Origin: Patescibacteria group bacterium
GTDB lineage: Bacteria; Patescibacteriota; Microgenomatia; UBA1400; PJMF01
Direction of reading: 5' to 3'
DNA length: 64,000 bases
Assembly (NCBI GenBank): GCA_040879165.1
Contig: JBBDKV010000013.1
Span: 71,967-135,966, forward strand
The notes beneath the pieces are model-generated. The model searched no databases, had not been told where the DNA came from, and was given only the letters and a program-made list of their open reading frames with translations. Made by a program: the position numbers and the translations under genes. This document shows, one piece after another, positions 49,696-59,786 of this stretch. How positions within the stretch are numbered: position 1 is the first letter of the stretch; each line of letters opens with the position of its first letter.

Positions 49696-49962
49696 TTATA
49701 ACAGCACAAAAAACAAACCAAGAACGAATAGAGCTACCAGTAAATGTGCAAAACCGACAAAAAATATGATTGGCGAGAAGGAAGTAATGAGCGTATTTTT
49801 CATTATCTGAATTTGTCGAACCACAATCACGGCAAAAACCGAGTAGCAAAGAGCCGTCAAAATAAATAAAAACTTAAAAAGACTAATCAAAATACTACTT
49901 TGATCAATCGCGGGAAAAGCGAACATTGAAGAACCAGTGTCAAGCACAAACTGTAGCAACAT
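49696..49962 (-). CDS. Small membrane protein (DUF5657-like)
   Basis: Two TMs with FAVIVVRQIQIM. Confidence 0.6.
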   Translation of the reverse strand: MLLQFVLDTGSSMFAFPAIDQSSILISLFKFLFILTALCYSVFAVIVVRQIQIMKNTLITSFSPIIFFVGFAHLLVALFVLGLFFVLL

Positions 49963-50843
49963 TAATTTATTCTCCCTTCAATTTTTTCTCGCTCTTCTTC
50001 TAGAATTAACTCATTGAGCAACTTTGTAACTCGGGCTGGGTGTGGAACATCACGAAAATCAAACTCTCGTTGCTGAGCTGCTGTCTGCACAAAGACCGTC
50101 CCAAAATCAAATAACGACCTAATTGCTCCGCTAGTCACCGCGGTCACATCTTCAATGTTATCTGTTTTTGCTGATGATATATTGCGATAGATCAGTGACA
50201 AAAAGTCCACGTCAATAATGCGCTCATCAGTAATAATATTGACATTAAAAAACCATGATAAAAAGGACTCAATGATAAAACCTGTTAACAACAGATACCA
50301 AATAATCAGTGCGGCAAACTGATACGTTCCAGGCAGGAAGTCGACAAGACCTACTGAGCTGAATAAAATCGGTAAAAAAGCAAATACAATTGATCCCAAA
50401 ATCCATGGAAGCTGGGTCAACGCGTGCTTACGCAGCACTAAAATAACATGCTCATCAAGATGTTGGGTAGCAAAACGAAAATTAATCGGCTTGGGGGAGT
50501 ACGAGGCAAATGGATTGCTTGATGATTTTTCCTGCCGCATCACATCTGAGTACTCATCAACGTTGCGATGCGCTCCATTCCAGCGAGGAGTAGGATCGCC
50601 TGGATGAGTGGTGATTTGCTGTTCCTGACTGTCCTGGCTACTCGGTGCCGAAGCATCCGCTCGCACTGGAACTTGCTCTTGTGATCGGCTTTCTGCCACC
50701 CCCACGCTGGTGGTTTCTTCTTGGCGCTGAGCCCTTCTACCGTGCGAGCGCTTCGTACGAACTCCACGCAAAATTTTGCGCTGATGATTAATAGAGCTAG
50801 GATCTCCTTGTCTCATTGAACTGTCAAAAATCACGTCTGCCAT
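49962..50843 (-). CDS. Membrane protein with bacterial PH domain
   Basis: LRKH, IITDERIIDVD, IEDVT, FDFGTVFVQTA, VPHP. Confidence 0.8.
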   Translation of the reverse strand: MADVIFDSSMRQGDPSSINHQRKILRGVRTKRSHGRRAQRQEETTSVGVAESRSQEQVPVRADASAPSSQDSQEQQITTHPGDPTPRWNGAHRNVDEYSDVMRQEKSSSNPFASYSPKPINFRFATQHLDEHVILVLRKHALTQLPWILGSIVFAFLPILFSSVGLVDFLPGTYQFAALIIWYLLLTGFIIESFLSWFFNVNIITDERIIDVDFLSLIYRNISSAKTDNIEDVTAVTSGAIRSLFDFGTVFVQTAAQQREFDFRDVPHPARVTKLLNELILEEEREKIEGRIN

Positions 50844-50940
50844 GCACGTATTATAGCAGCAATACCTGAGGAACGCCTTGATCAATCACAAATCAAGCAT
50901 CTAGCTATTTTTTTCGCACAAAAGGCGTATACTAGTAGCT

Positions 50941-51303
50941 GTGAAAACAGAAGTCATCAAAGCTGCCTTTACCAATATTCTTTTTGTCATTGGTGTAATT
51001 TTGCTAATATTTGGTTTCATCAGTGGCACACAGACCGCTAGTAAAATACTGTTGTTTGAGCAATATCCCCTCAACTCGTATGAAGAGACGCGGTGCGAAA
51101 TGAATGGCGCATACCCATCAACCCCAAGAGGAGACACTACTATCTCGGCAGAGGATGTAGAAGCTCAACGCGAGCGCTGTTATCGCTCACTCGAACAAGA
51201 ACGAACGCTGAAGCAAGTCTCAGATATTGTAACCGCAACAACTACGCTGATTGCGGGATTTGTGCTGGTACTTAGCTTCAAGCGCTTTATTTTCAAATCG
51301 TAA
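50941..51303 (+). CDS. Hypothetical membrane protein (two TMs, Cys pair)
   Basis: ORF with TATACT 7 nt upstream of GTG. Confidence 0.65.
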   Translation: MKTEVIKAAFTNILFVIGVILLIFGFISGTQTASKILLFEQYPLNSYEETRCEMNGAYPSTPRGDTTISAEDVEAQRERCYRSLEQERTLKQVSDIVTATTTLIAGFVLVLSFKRFIFKS

Positions 51304-51310
51304 TGTCTTG

Positions 51311-51390
51311 ATGTGGAGTGCCGTATGCTGGAGCCGTATATGCTGGCGCTGTATGTGGAGTGCTCTATGGAGTGCTGTATATGGAGTGCC
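51311..51390 (+). repeat. Degenerate tandem repeat array, about 6 x (T)ATG(T/C)GGAGTGC
   Basis: atgtggagtgccgt/atgctggagccgtat/atgctggcgctgt/atgtggagtgctct/atggagtgctgtat/atggagtgcc. Confidence 0.8.
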
Positions 51391-51400
51391 GCCAAGAACA

Positions 51401-53203
51401 TTAACTGCGCTTCAGTAGTGATAAAAAGGTGGCTTGATCAAGCTCGACTTTACCAAATGCTTTCATGCGTTTTTTACCCTTAGCCTGTTTGGCTAGCAGT
51501 TTTTTTCTTCGAGTGACATCGCCGCCATACAGCTTAGCCGTCACATCTTTGCGATACGCAGAAAGAGTTTCGCGGGCCACCACAGTTCCCCCCACCGCCG
51601 CTTGTATCGGCACCACAAACATTTGTCGAGGAATAAGCGTTGCCAATTTTTCCACAATGCGCCGTCCTTCAACGTGCGCTTGCTCCCGAACAGTGATGAA
51701 GCTGAGTGCAGGAACGGGTTCGTGATTGAGTAAAATCGTCACACAAACCGCATCTACCGCTCGATATTCGCCCACCGTGTACTCAAGAGAAGCGAAGCCA
51801 GAAGAAACAGACTTGAGCTGATCATGGAAATCGGTAATTAATTCTGCCAGCGGAATTGTGCACTGTAGCTTGATGGTCATACCAACTTGTTCGGTTTGTT
51901 CAAGCGCACCACGACGTTCTCGAAACAACTGCACTAAAGAACCAACATACGCTCGAGGAGTCAAAATGGTCACTGCAGCAATTGGCTCTTTTACTTCTTC
52001 AATTTCTGACGGATCAGGCATTTCAATTGGCGTGTTAATTTCAAACTGAGTGCCATCCTTTTTAGTAATCTGATATACAACCGAGGGAGCAGTCGCAATT
52101 AAGTCAAGATTAGCCTCACGTTTTAATCGCTCAAGCACAATCTCGGCATGCAGTACCCCAAGAAAGCCAACACGCAGCCCACTGCCCAATGCCTGCGAAT
52201 GTGTACCAATATATTGCAGTGCTGCATCGCGCAAAATGAGTTTAGACATAGCATCCTGCAAATCAGGAAATTCTGCTTGATCTATTGGGTAGAGCTCCAT
52301 AAATACCAACGGCTGTGGTTCCTTAAAACCAGGCAAAGCTTCTACACTTTCCACTGACGACGCTTCGGTTAAGGTATCTCCAACTCGTAAGCCACGAACA
52401 TCTTTCAGACCAGTTACAACATACCCCACCTCGCCAGATCGCAGCTGAGTAGTGGCAGTCATGGCTGGGGTAAAATGACCAATTTCGCTGGTTAGAAAAC
52501 TTGCTTTTCCCGCTACAAAAGCCATTTTTGTTTGTGGTCGAAGCACACCATTTTTTACTCGAACGAGAGCAATAGCTCCCCTATGCATATCGTACAGAGA
52601 AGTAATGAGCAACGACTGCAATTGAGCCGAGTCATCGCCGCCAGGAGCAGGTATTTTTGCCACTACTGCTTCAAGCACGGCATTGATATTTAAGCCAGAT
52701 TTAGCAGACACCGCGATCATGTCTTCATCAGAAAGATTGCACAACTCCATCACCTCAAGCATAGTGCGCTCCACATCCGCAGCTGGCAGATCAATTTTGT
52801 TAATTACCGGGATAATCGTCAAACCAAGATCCTGCGCCTTCTGATAGGTTGAAAGCGTTTGAGCCTGAATGCCTTGTGTGGCATCAACCACTAACAGCGC
52901 GCCTTCACAAGCTGCTAGTGAGCGACTGACTTCATAGCCAAAATCTACATGACCTGGTGTATCAATTAAATTTAACTGGTACGCCTCTCCATCCGCAGCT
53001 GTGTACTGCATACAAACAGGTGCCAGCTTAATGGTAATGCCACGCTCTTTTTCAATAGGATTGCTGTCCATCACTCGCTCAGTAAAATCACGTTCACTAA
53101 CAGTCTTAGTATGACGAAGAAACTGGTCTGTCAGGGATGTCTTACCATGATCGATATGGGCTATGATGGAAAAATTGCGAATGTGTGAATTTGCGGTAGA
53201 CAT
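51401..53203 (-). CDS. lepA: Elongation factor 4
   Basis: IRNFSIIAHIDHGK, DTPGHVDF, GFLG.LH, YGGDVTRRKKLL. Confidence 0.98.
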   Translation of the reverse strand: MSTANSHIRNFSIIAHIDHGKTSLTDQFLRHTKTVSERDFTERVMDSNPIEKERGITIKLAPVCMQYTAADGEAYQLNLIDTPGHVDFGYEVSRSLAACEGALLVVDATQGIQAQTLSTYQKAQDLGLTIIPVINKIDLPAADVERTMLEVMELCNLSDEDMIAVSAKSGLNINAVLEAVVAKIPAPGGDDSAQLQSLLITSLYDMHRGAIALVRVKNGVLRPQTKMAFVAGKASFLTSEIGHFTPAMTATTQLRSGEVGYVVTGLKDVRGLRVGDTLTEASSVESVEALPGFKEPQPLVFMELYPIDQAEFPDLQDAMSKLILRDAALQYIGTHSQALGSGLRVGFLGVLHAEIVLERLKREANLDLIATAPSVVYQITKKDGTQFEINTPIEMPDPSEIEEVKEPIAAVTILTPRAYVGSLVQLFRERRGALEQTEQVGMTIKLQCTIPLAELITDFHDQLKSVSSGFASLEYTVGEYRAVDAVCVTILLNHEPVPALSFITVREQAHVEGRRIVEKLATLIPRQMFVVPIQAAVGGTVVARETLSAYRKDVTAKLYGGDVTRRKKLLAKQAKGKKRMKAFGKVELDQATFLSLLKRS

Positions 53204-53320
53204 AGAAGTTGGCAGCAGGTCTGCTCGCTGCAGTTTTGCACTGAAACACTGATTACTTCTCACAATACTCACAAATACCAGAAGCTCTGAGAAGTGCAAA
53301 AAAGTATAGCCTACTGTTTC

Positions 53321-53560
53321 TTAAGCCTGAGAAGCAAGTTTACTGAGTTGACTCTTGAGTCGAGCTGCGCGATTTTTAGGAATAACATTGCGCTTCACCG
53401 CTCGATCCATCCTACTGTAGGCATGAGCCACAGCATCTTTTGATGGAGTAGCTTTGAGAGTTTGCACAGCTGACTTCACGCGTGATTTAACGCGGGAATT
53501 AATTACTGCTTTTCGCTTACTCACTCTGAGTGCTTTTTTGGCGTTTTGTAATAATGGCAT
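53321..53560 (-). CDS. rpsT: 30S ribosomal protein S20
   Basis: MPLLQNAKKALRVS..N...KS, DRAVKRNVIPKNRAARLKSQL. Confidence 0.95.
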   Translation of the reverse strand: MPLLQNAKKALRVSKRKAVINSRVKSRVKSAVQTLKATPSKDAVAHAYSRMDRAVKRNVIPKNRAARLKSQLSKLASQA

Positions 53561-53690
53561 AGATGCGATAGTATACCTAAAATTATAGTTTTTATCAAAC
53601 CCAAAAGCCAGTCGCTGACAATTCAACAGAGTGATCAAAGTATCAGTTTCTAGCATTTCAATCAAACCCCGCACCCCGTATAATAGCCCC

Positions 53691-55385
53691 ATGATTGTTG
53701 GCAACCCTATTAAGAATCTTTTTTCTGGCAATATGCAGTGGCTTGAGAACAAGCAGAGCACAATTTTGTCTGCAGCCAGTATTATTTCTGCTGCCACCAT
53801 TGTCTCAGCGCTTTCGGGCATTATTATCAAACGGATCTTGCTTCACAAGTTTTCCGATACTATACAAGCCCAGGAAGCACTTGAGGCTTTTTGGATCGCC
53901 TTTCAAGTTCCTGATCTGCTTTTTCAATTGATCGTAGTGGGTGCATTTTCAGCGGCATTTATTCCAATTTTTACACGAGTAAGAAATAAAAATGAAGCAA
54001 CAGCCTTCAAGATGAGCTCAATTTTGCTCAATATTGTATTGATGGCTTTTGTATTCTTGGGGTGCATTGTTTTTGTGTTTGCCCGAGAAATTACGGAATT
54101 TAGAACAGGCGCTCAAATCACTACTGAGCAGATAGATATCATCGTTAACCTAACCCGTTTAATGCTCTTTGCGCAATTTTTCTTTGCTGTATCAAACTTT
54201 TTTACAGGCATACTGCAATCATACCATCGATTTATCATCCCTGCCCTGGCTTCGATTCTATACAACATTGGCATCTTGATTGGCGTTTATTTTTTCTCAG
54301 AAAGTATGGGCATCTATGCAGCTGGAGCAGGTGTTTTGATTGGCGCGTTCCTGCATATGTTGATTCAAATCCCACTGATTCTCAAGATGGGCTTCAGATA
54401 CCAACCCGCACTCAATTTCAAGTTTGATGGGGTGAGCGACTTCTTTACCCTCATCCCTCCCCGAATGCTCTCTATTGGCGCCTATGAATTTCGCAAGCTA
54501 CTACTGGGCTTCTTCACAACCAGCATCGGCAACCTTAGCTTTTTAGTGATGTACCTAGCTGTAAATCTGATGGTGATTCCTATTCGCTTTTTTGGAACAC
54601 CTATTGGTCAGGCGGCACTTCCATTTTTATCAGAAGAATCAGACAGACATGAATTGAAGCGGTATAAATCCCTGGTAGTACAATCTCTTAATCAAATTGC
54701 TTTTCTAACCTTGCCAGCATCAGTATTATTGCTGCTACTGCGTGTTCCTGTTGTTCGCCTGGTCTATGGTGTAGATAATTTTACTTGGCCATCAACCATT
54801 CTTACCAGCCAGCTCGTTGGCATCATTGCTATCTCAATTACGGTTCAGGCGTTAGTACAACTACTCATCAGAGCATTTTATGCCTTGCGTGACACTCGGA
54901 CACCACTATTGATTACGGTGCTTGATTTTGTTTTTTATTTGGTACTGGGAGCATTTTTCGTCTTTTACCTCAATTGGGGTGTGATCGGCATTGCCGTTGC
55001 CACAACCCTCACAGCATTTTTTGAGTTTGGTTTGTTTATATATTTCCTCCATCGAAAAGTCGTCGACTTGTTCGACCGAGAATTCTGGATTCCGCAGCTT
55101 AAAATTGTTACCGCCAGCTTTATCATGGCGGTACTCACCTATCTACCCTTTAAAATTTTTGACGAGCTGGTGTTTAATACTTCACGGACAATTGAGCTAA
55201 TTGGTCTAACGGTTTCAACTGCTACGATCGGCATGTTGGTCTATGTATACATCGGGGCGCTACTTGAAATTAAAGAACTGCAATTGATTCGCTCCATCTT
55301 CCAGAGATTCAATACTACGGGCAAAAATTTATCAAAAACACCTGAAGTGGTAGTCGAGAACAGTGGTGAAGATAGCAACGTTTAG
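53691..55385 (+). CDS. murJ: Lipid II flippase MurJ/MviN
   Basis: AFQVPDL, SAAFIPIF, RAFYALRDTRTP. Confidence 0.92.
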   Translation: MIVGNPIKNLFSGNMQWLENKQSTILSAASIISAATIVSALSGIIIKRILLHKFSDTIQAQEALEAFWIAFQVPDLLFQLIVVGAFSAAFIPIFTRVRNKNEATAFKMSSILLNIVLMAFVFLGCIVFVFAREITEFRTGAQITTEQIDIIVNLTRLMLFAQFFFAVSNFFTGILQSYHRFIIPALASILYNIGILIGVYFFSESMGIYAAGAGVLIGAFLHMLIQIPLILKMGFRYQPALNFKFDGVSDFFTLIPPRMLSIGAYEFRKLLLGFFTTSIGNLSFLVMYLAVNLMVIPIRFFGTPIGQAALPFLSEESDRHELKRYKSLVVQSLNQIAFLTLPASVLLLLLRVPVVRLVYGVDNFTWPSTILTSQLVGIIAISITVQALVQLLIRAFYALRDTRTPLLITVLDFVFYLVLGAFFVFYLNWGVIGIAVATTLTAFFEFGLFIYFLHRKVVDLFDREFWIPQLKIVTASFIMAVLTYLPFKIFDELVFNTSRTIELIGLTVSTATIGMLVYVYIGALLEIKELQLIRSIFQRFNTTGKNLSKTPEVVVENSGEDSNV

Positions 55386-55528
55386 TACCGACTATCCCTG
55401 ACAATGAGGACGGTATTAAAGATTGAGCAAGATTTTCACCCCAGCTATATAGTATGATGAGTGATACGAAAACATAGTCTTGTAGTACCTAGAGAAAATT
55501 AGGTACAATGTGAGTAGTAGATACTGCC

Positions 55529-56134
55529 ATGTCCAAAAAGCCTGCCACCATTAATATTAATTTGGTTCCTAAGGATCCTTTTTTTCACACTCCATTAGGG
55601 AGAGCCATGCAGTGGGCACTCTCTGCAGGCAGGTATATCGTAATTTTCACTGAATTAATTGTTATCATTTGTTTTGGTGCTCGTTTTGTTCTTGATCAAC
55701 AATTGCACGACCTTAACCGCCAGATTGTTCAGAAGTCTGAAACAATTCGAGGATATGCAGAACTAGAAGCACAGTTTCGAATTGCTCAATCAAAAGTTGA
55801 AAACATACAACAGATTGAGCAAGATATCAACATCACCGACGTCTTTGCCACGCTGACGCAGGTTACCCCATCAGATGTTGTACTCAATCAACTGTCCATT
55901 CGACCCACCAGTATCACCGTTACCGGTCGGAGCTTCTCTCAGTCAGCATTCAACACCTACATCACCAACCTGCAACTTTCACCACAATTTTTCGATATTC
56001 GGGTGAGTCGAGTTGAATCTGGAGAATCACAGTCGCCAGGGATAAACTTCTCCATTCAGGCACAAACCAAAGAGCCAGCACAGCAAACACGCCAACAAAC
56101 ACGAGAGCCAGCAGGCAATCAGGAGTCACTCTAA
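55529..56134 (+). CDS. pilN: Type IV pilus PilN-like protein
   Basis: ININLVP, TM, coiled coil, ferredoxin-like domain. Confidence 0.8.
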   Translation: MSKKPATININLVPKDPFFHTPLGRAMQWALSAGRYIVIFTELIVIICFGARFVLDQQLHDLNRQIVQKSETIRGYAELEAQFRIAQSKVENIQQIEQDINITDVFATLTQVTPSDVVLNQLSIRPTSITVTGRSFSQSAFNTYITNLQLSPQFFDIRVSRVESGESQSPGINFSIQAQTKEPAQQTRQQTREPAGNQESL

Positions 56135-56142
56135 GGAAATCT

Positions 56143-56745
56143 ATGGCAGATCGCAAAGACTTACAACATTCACTGAGCGAATTTTATTCACGACCAGCTA
56201 CTTTGGTTACGATGGAGCTATTACTCTCAATCGGTTTAGTGATTATTTTAGGAGTCTTTGCCATCCAACCAACCCTCATTACCATGACTGAGCTCAATCG
56301 TGAAATTGAGGAAAAGGAACAACTAAATGTCCAGCTTGAAAATAAAATAGGATCCTTGCAAAGTGCTCAAAGCGTCTACTCGTCAATCGAGAATCGACTT
56401 GACTTGCTCGATGAAGCCATTCCTTCTCAACCAGAGTTAATACGCACCCTTAAAATTGTGGAACTGCTAGCCACAGAAAATGATGTAGTCATTGAGTCTA
56501 TCAATGTTCCTCGAATTCCCAGTGAAGATGTGCCAGACCGCCTGGCTACACTTGAGCGTCAGGCACTACCCATCTCAGTGAGCGTAGTGGGTGATTACAT
56601 CAGTATTCGCGCCTATGTTGAAGAACTGCGCAATAGTAGAAGAAGTTTTGTCATAGATACAGTAACATTTAACTTACGAGAAAATAGGGGCACGCAACGA
56701 CTGTCTGCTTCCGTAACCTTAAACGCACCTTATTTTAGTGAATAA
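56143..56745 (+). CDS. pilO: Type IV pilus PilO-like protein
   Basis: TM, coiled coil, AIP..P, V.G.Y, R.F.I. Confidence 0.75.
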   Translation: MADRKDLQHSLSEFYSRPATLVTMELLLSIGLVIILGVFAIQPTLITMTELNREIEEKEQLNVQLENKIGSLQSAQSVYSSIENRLDLLDEAIPSQPELIRTLKIVELLATENDVVIESINVPRIPSEDVPDRLATLERQALPISVSVVGDYISIRAYVEELRNSRRSFVIDTVTFNLRENRGTQRLSASVTLNAPYFSE

Positions 56746-56747
56746 TT

Positions 56748-57251
56748 ATGAAACCAATAATACATCAATCACTCAGCGTAGCCAACAAGCGAACAGCTAT
56801 TAGTCAGCTGGAAAAAATTCGCTCAAGTCAAACTGCGTTGTCAATTTTTATCCTCCTGCTTGTCGCGGTGCTGCTCTGGATTGTTGTCACAGTCTTCTCG
56901 TCACATCGCAGCTCACAAATTGAGCCAGATGTTAAAGCGCTGGCAGCACCGCTAAATCCAAATATTGATACCACTGCCCTTGACATGCTTGAAACAAAAC
57001 GAGTTTTTTCTGAAAATGAATTAGAAGACTTTCCAATTTTTGTTATCATTCGTGACGATCAAGCACAATTTGATCAAATTGTTCCACTTGGCACTCAACC
57101 CATACCTGTTGAACAAGCCATTGAGGAAACGCCTAGCACGCCACAGCCTGCCGCTGAAACCCCTACCGCATCTCCAACGACACCTGATGGTGTTGTAGAA
57201 CCTGAGGAGGATGCTGCTGCTGAAACTGAAGCGCCGCCTGCTACTGAATAG
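56748..57251 (+). CDS. Pilus-operon hypothetical membrane protein (PilP position)
   Basis: TM plus PLNPNID; P/T/E-rich tail. Confidence 0.55.
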   Translation: MKPIIHQSLSVANKRTAISQLEKIRSSQTALSIFILLLVAVLLWIVVTVFSSHRSSQIEPDVKALAAPLNPNIDTTALDMLETKRVFSENELEDFPIFVIIRDDQAQFDQIVPLGTQPIPVEQAIEETPSTPQPAAETPTASPTTPDGVVEPEEDAAAETEAPPATE

Positions 57252-57372
57252 CTCACTTTGTTATAGAAACACTAGGTAGATTCGTCTTTTCTTTGCATTG
57301 CAGCAGAATAGTATTTTGACTACGATATTGTAAGCGGCTACAAGAGGTAGCATGTGGTGTTGGTGATTTGTT

Positions 57373-58971
57373 ATGAATACTCCCATTCCGGGCTCTAATT
57401 CCATCTTAAATAAGCGTATACCAACCATCATTGGATTGATATTGTTGGTGGTTGCTCTTGTGTTGGGAGTTTTCTTTATCAGTGACGGTCTTGGCGTATT
57501 TGCGCCTCGTGCCACACCAGAAACAACCCCTAAAAAAATTAAAGTTACCAACGTAACTGATAGGAGCTTTACTGTTAGCTTTATGACTGATGAAGCAACC
57601 ACCGGTTTTGTACGCTATGGCACGGATCAGTCCAATCTTGATTCCCAACAAACTGACGATCGCAATAGCCTCAGCAGCAGCGTCGATGAGTATGCCCTGC
57701 ATCACATTACTGTTAGAAGCTTGCAGCCGAATACAGTCTATTTTTACATTCTTGGTACTGGAGCGGGAGCTCGATTCGACAATCAAGGTGAGCCATTTCG
57801 GATTATCACCGCGCGCAGAGGTGTCCCAACGGCAAATGTTCGTAGCGTACACGGCTCAGTACGTTCCGATAGTGGTGCTCCAGCACAGGGAGCGGTAATC
57901 TATCTGTCTAGTGAGGGAGTTGGCGAGATGTCAACGGTCGTGCCACAATCTGGAGCCTGGTCAATTCCAATCTCTCAGGCTCGCACGCCAGATGGTTCTG
58001 AGTATGCTAAATTTGAGGATGAGACTAGCATCCAACTCTTTGTTCAAGGACCTTCACCGCAACAAACAGCTCAAGTAACCACAACCGTTGCCCAAGCACA
58101 GCCCCTTCCAACTTTGACCTACGGCCAATCAGGTGCTGTTCAACAAGCCAGTCAAGGACGACAAGCTGACGCAGCTTCTGACAAAGAAACGAGCGCCCAA
58201 TCAACTCAATCTAATGGAAGAACAACATCCGATGATGATTCCGCCGAAGAGTCAGCCACAGCATCCAGCAGCGTGACATCCGAAAGCTCAGACACTGCAA
58301 GTCCAGCTTCAGGATCAGCGCGCTTGCCACTTGATGAGTACCAAGAAAAAACTGTTTTCGATCTCGATGTTGATAGCAATGAAGAAGATCCGCCAACACT
58401 TACCACAGCCACTCCAATTATTAAAGGTACGATTGATTCAGAAGTTGAAGTAAAGATCACTATTAACTCAGAAACAGCCATCGAAGAAATCCTAACCACT
58501 AATCCCGATGGCACCTTTGAAATTGACACTTCAAAATACGAACAGATACTTGAGCCCGGCGAACACACCATCACCCTCGAATTCACCAACCCGCAAACTG
58601 GGCTTGAAGAGGTGGTAACCAGAACATTTTTCATAGAACCTCAATCGACCAGCACGCAACTTGCCCAAGCCCCTCAGGAAGAGGAGGAGGAGCCATTTGG
58701 CACCACGAGCCCATTCCCCCTTGACCAGTCGTCCACACAAAGCGCTGGTATCACAGATGTCACAGCAACAGACTCCGGCACAGCCACTGATTCGGCTCAA
58801 GCAACCGAAAGTGGTCGAACCAGCATGCCCTCTACGGCCAGCGGCATCCCAGTTTCCGGCTCAGTTGGCACAACTCTAGCCCTGATATTTGGCGGACTCT
58901 TTTTCTTGATCTCGGGAACATGGAGTTTCTGGGTGTCTAGAAATTACGCGCAAGAAAACAGTCGCAGATAA
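57373..58971 (+). CDS. Fn3/Ig-domain surface protein with C-terminal PVSG-TM-basic anchor
   Basis: VTNVTDRSFTVSF, HHITV..LQPNTVY; sorting-signal-like C-terminus. Confidence 0.8.
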   Translation: MNTPIPGSNSILNKRIPTIIGLILLVVALVLGVFFISDGLGVFAPRATPETTPKKIKVTNVTDRSFTVSFMTDEATTGFVRYGTDQSNLDSQQTDDRNSLSSSVDEYALHHITVRSLQPNTVYFYILGTGAGARFDNQGEPFRIITARRGVPTANVRSVHGSVRSDSGAPAQGAVIYLSSEGVGEMSTVVPQSGAWSIPISQARTPDGSEYAKFEDETSIQLFVQGPSPQQTAQVTTTVAQAQPLPTLTYGQSGAVQQASQGRQADAASDKETSAQSTQSNGRTTSDDDSAEESATASSSVTSESSDTASPASGSARLPLDEYQEKTVFDLDVDSNEEDPPTLTTATPIIKGTIDSEVEVKITINSETAIEEILTTNPDGTFEIDTSKYEQILEPGEHTITLEFTNPQTGLEEVVTRTFFIEPQSTSTQLAQAPQEEEEEPFGTTSPFPLDQSSTQSAGITDVTATDSGTATDSAQATESGRTSMPSTASGIPVSGSVGTTLALIFGGLFFLISGTWSFWVSRNYAQENSRR

Positions 58972-59080
58972 ACACACACAGCAGTTTGCAAGCAAAAGTA
59001 GTCTTGCAAGCAATAGCAAGCCACAAAAATTTCAAATGTGAAGAAAATGAAGTGTCAGTAGGCGCAAAAAAAGCGCTCTG

Positions 59081-59198
59081 TTCTGGCCTCGACCTATCGT
59101 CCCAATCAGTTGCCCGATTAGTATTGTCAGCGCTGGGGCGTTTCAAGACTCTGTTCGGGAAGGGAAGAGTTGGGACCACCCCGCTCCAGAGACCAGAA
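59081..59198 (-). rRNA. rrf: 5S rRNA
   Basis: Terminal TTCTGG/CCAGAA helix, CCGAAC loop C, about 118 nt; downstream of 23S. Confidence 0.92.
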
Positions 59199-59608
59199 CA
59201 CAACGCTCGTGTTGCTAGCAGACTTGTAGTGAAATAAGAATAATACAGTGATCGCTTCCTTATTTCGCTATAAGTCTAGTATACCGCGTATTCGCGTCGG
59301 TACTATGGTAAGTAGTACGATTGTTAAAGAGTGCGCACACTCGCTAAAAAGTGAAGAAAGTCAAAGGTATCTCAGAATCAAAAAATCCAATACGTATTCA
59401 TTGCTGAATAGATAATGAACTTTTTTCTCCTGGGACACAGTAAAAGCCATGATGTAGCGCTACACGTTATGAAAGCGATAACATCAACCAAATTGTATGT
59501 TCAATCGACACTTAGTACAGTTAAGCTAAACCTGTCACCAGGCTTACACTGACTGCCTATCAACGTGGTAGTCTCCCACGGGTCTAATGGAGATGATTAA
59601 TCTTGAGT

Positions 59609-59643
<35 letters not shown>

Positions 59644-59786
59644 TGTAGAAATGTAGCTACCCTGCACTGCGCTTGACAGCAACAACAGGTACACTAGGGA
59701 TTTCCTCACCCCGGTCCTCTCGTACTAGGGGCAAATTCTCTCAATCATCTAACGCTGACGGCGGATAGAGGCCGACCTGTCTCACG

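Noticed and set aside
51311-51390. CRISPR array
   Set aside because: Units are 13-15 nt, degenerate and have no unique spacers; no cas genes
53321-53830. 169-aa ORF suggesting an extended S20
   Set aside because: The extension is antisense to murJ; the true start at 53560 has its own -10 box
247-58879. Numerous short antisense or nested ORFs in the ORF track
   Set aside because: Shadow frames of well-supported genes with no motifs of their own
58937-59237. ORFs over the 5S region (and those at 63285-63972)
   Set aside because: Spurious frames overlapping rRNA
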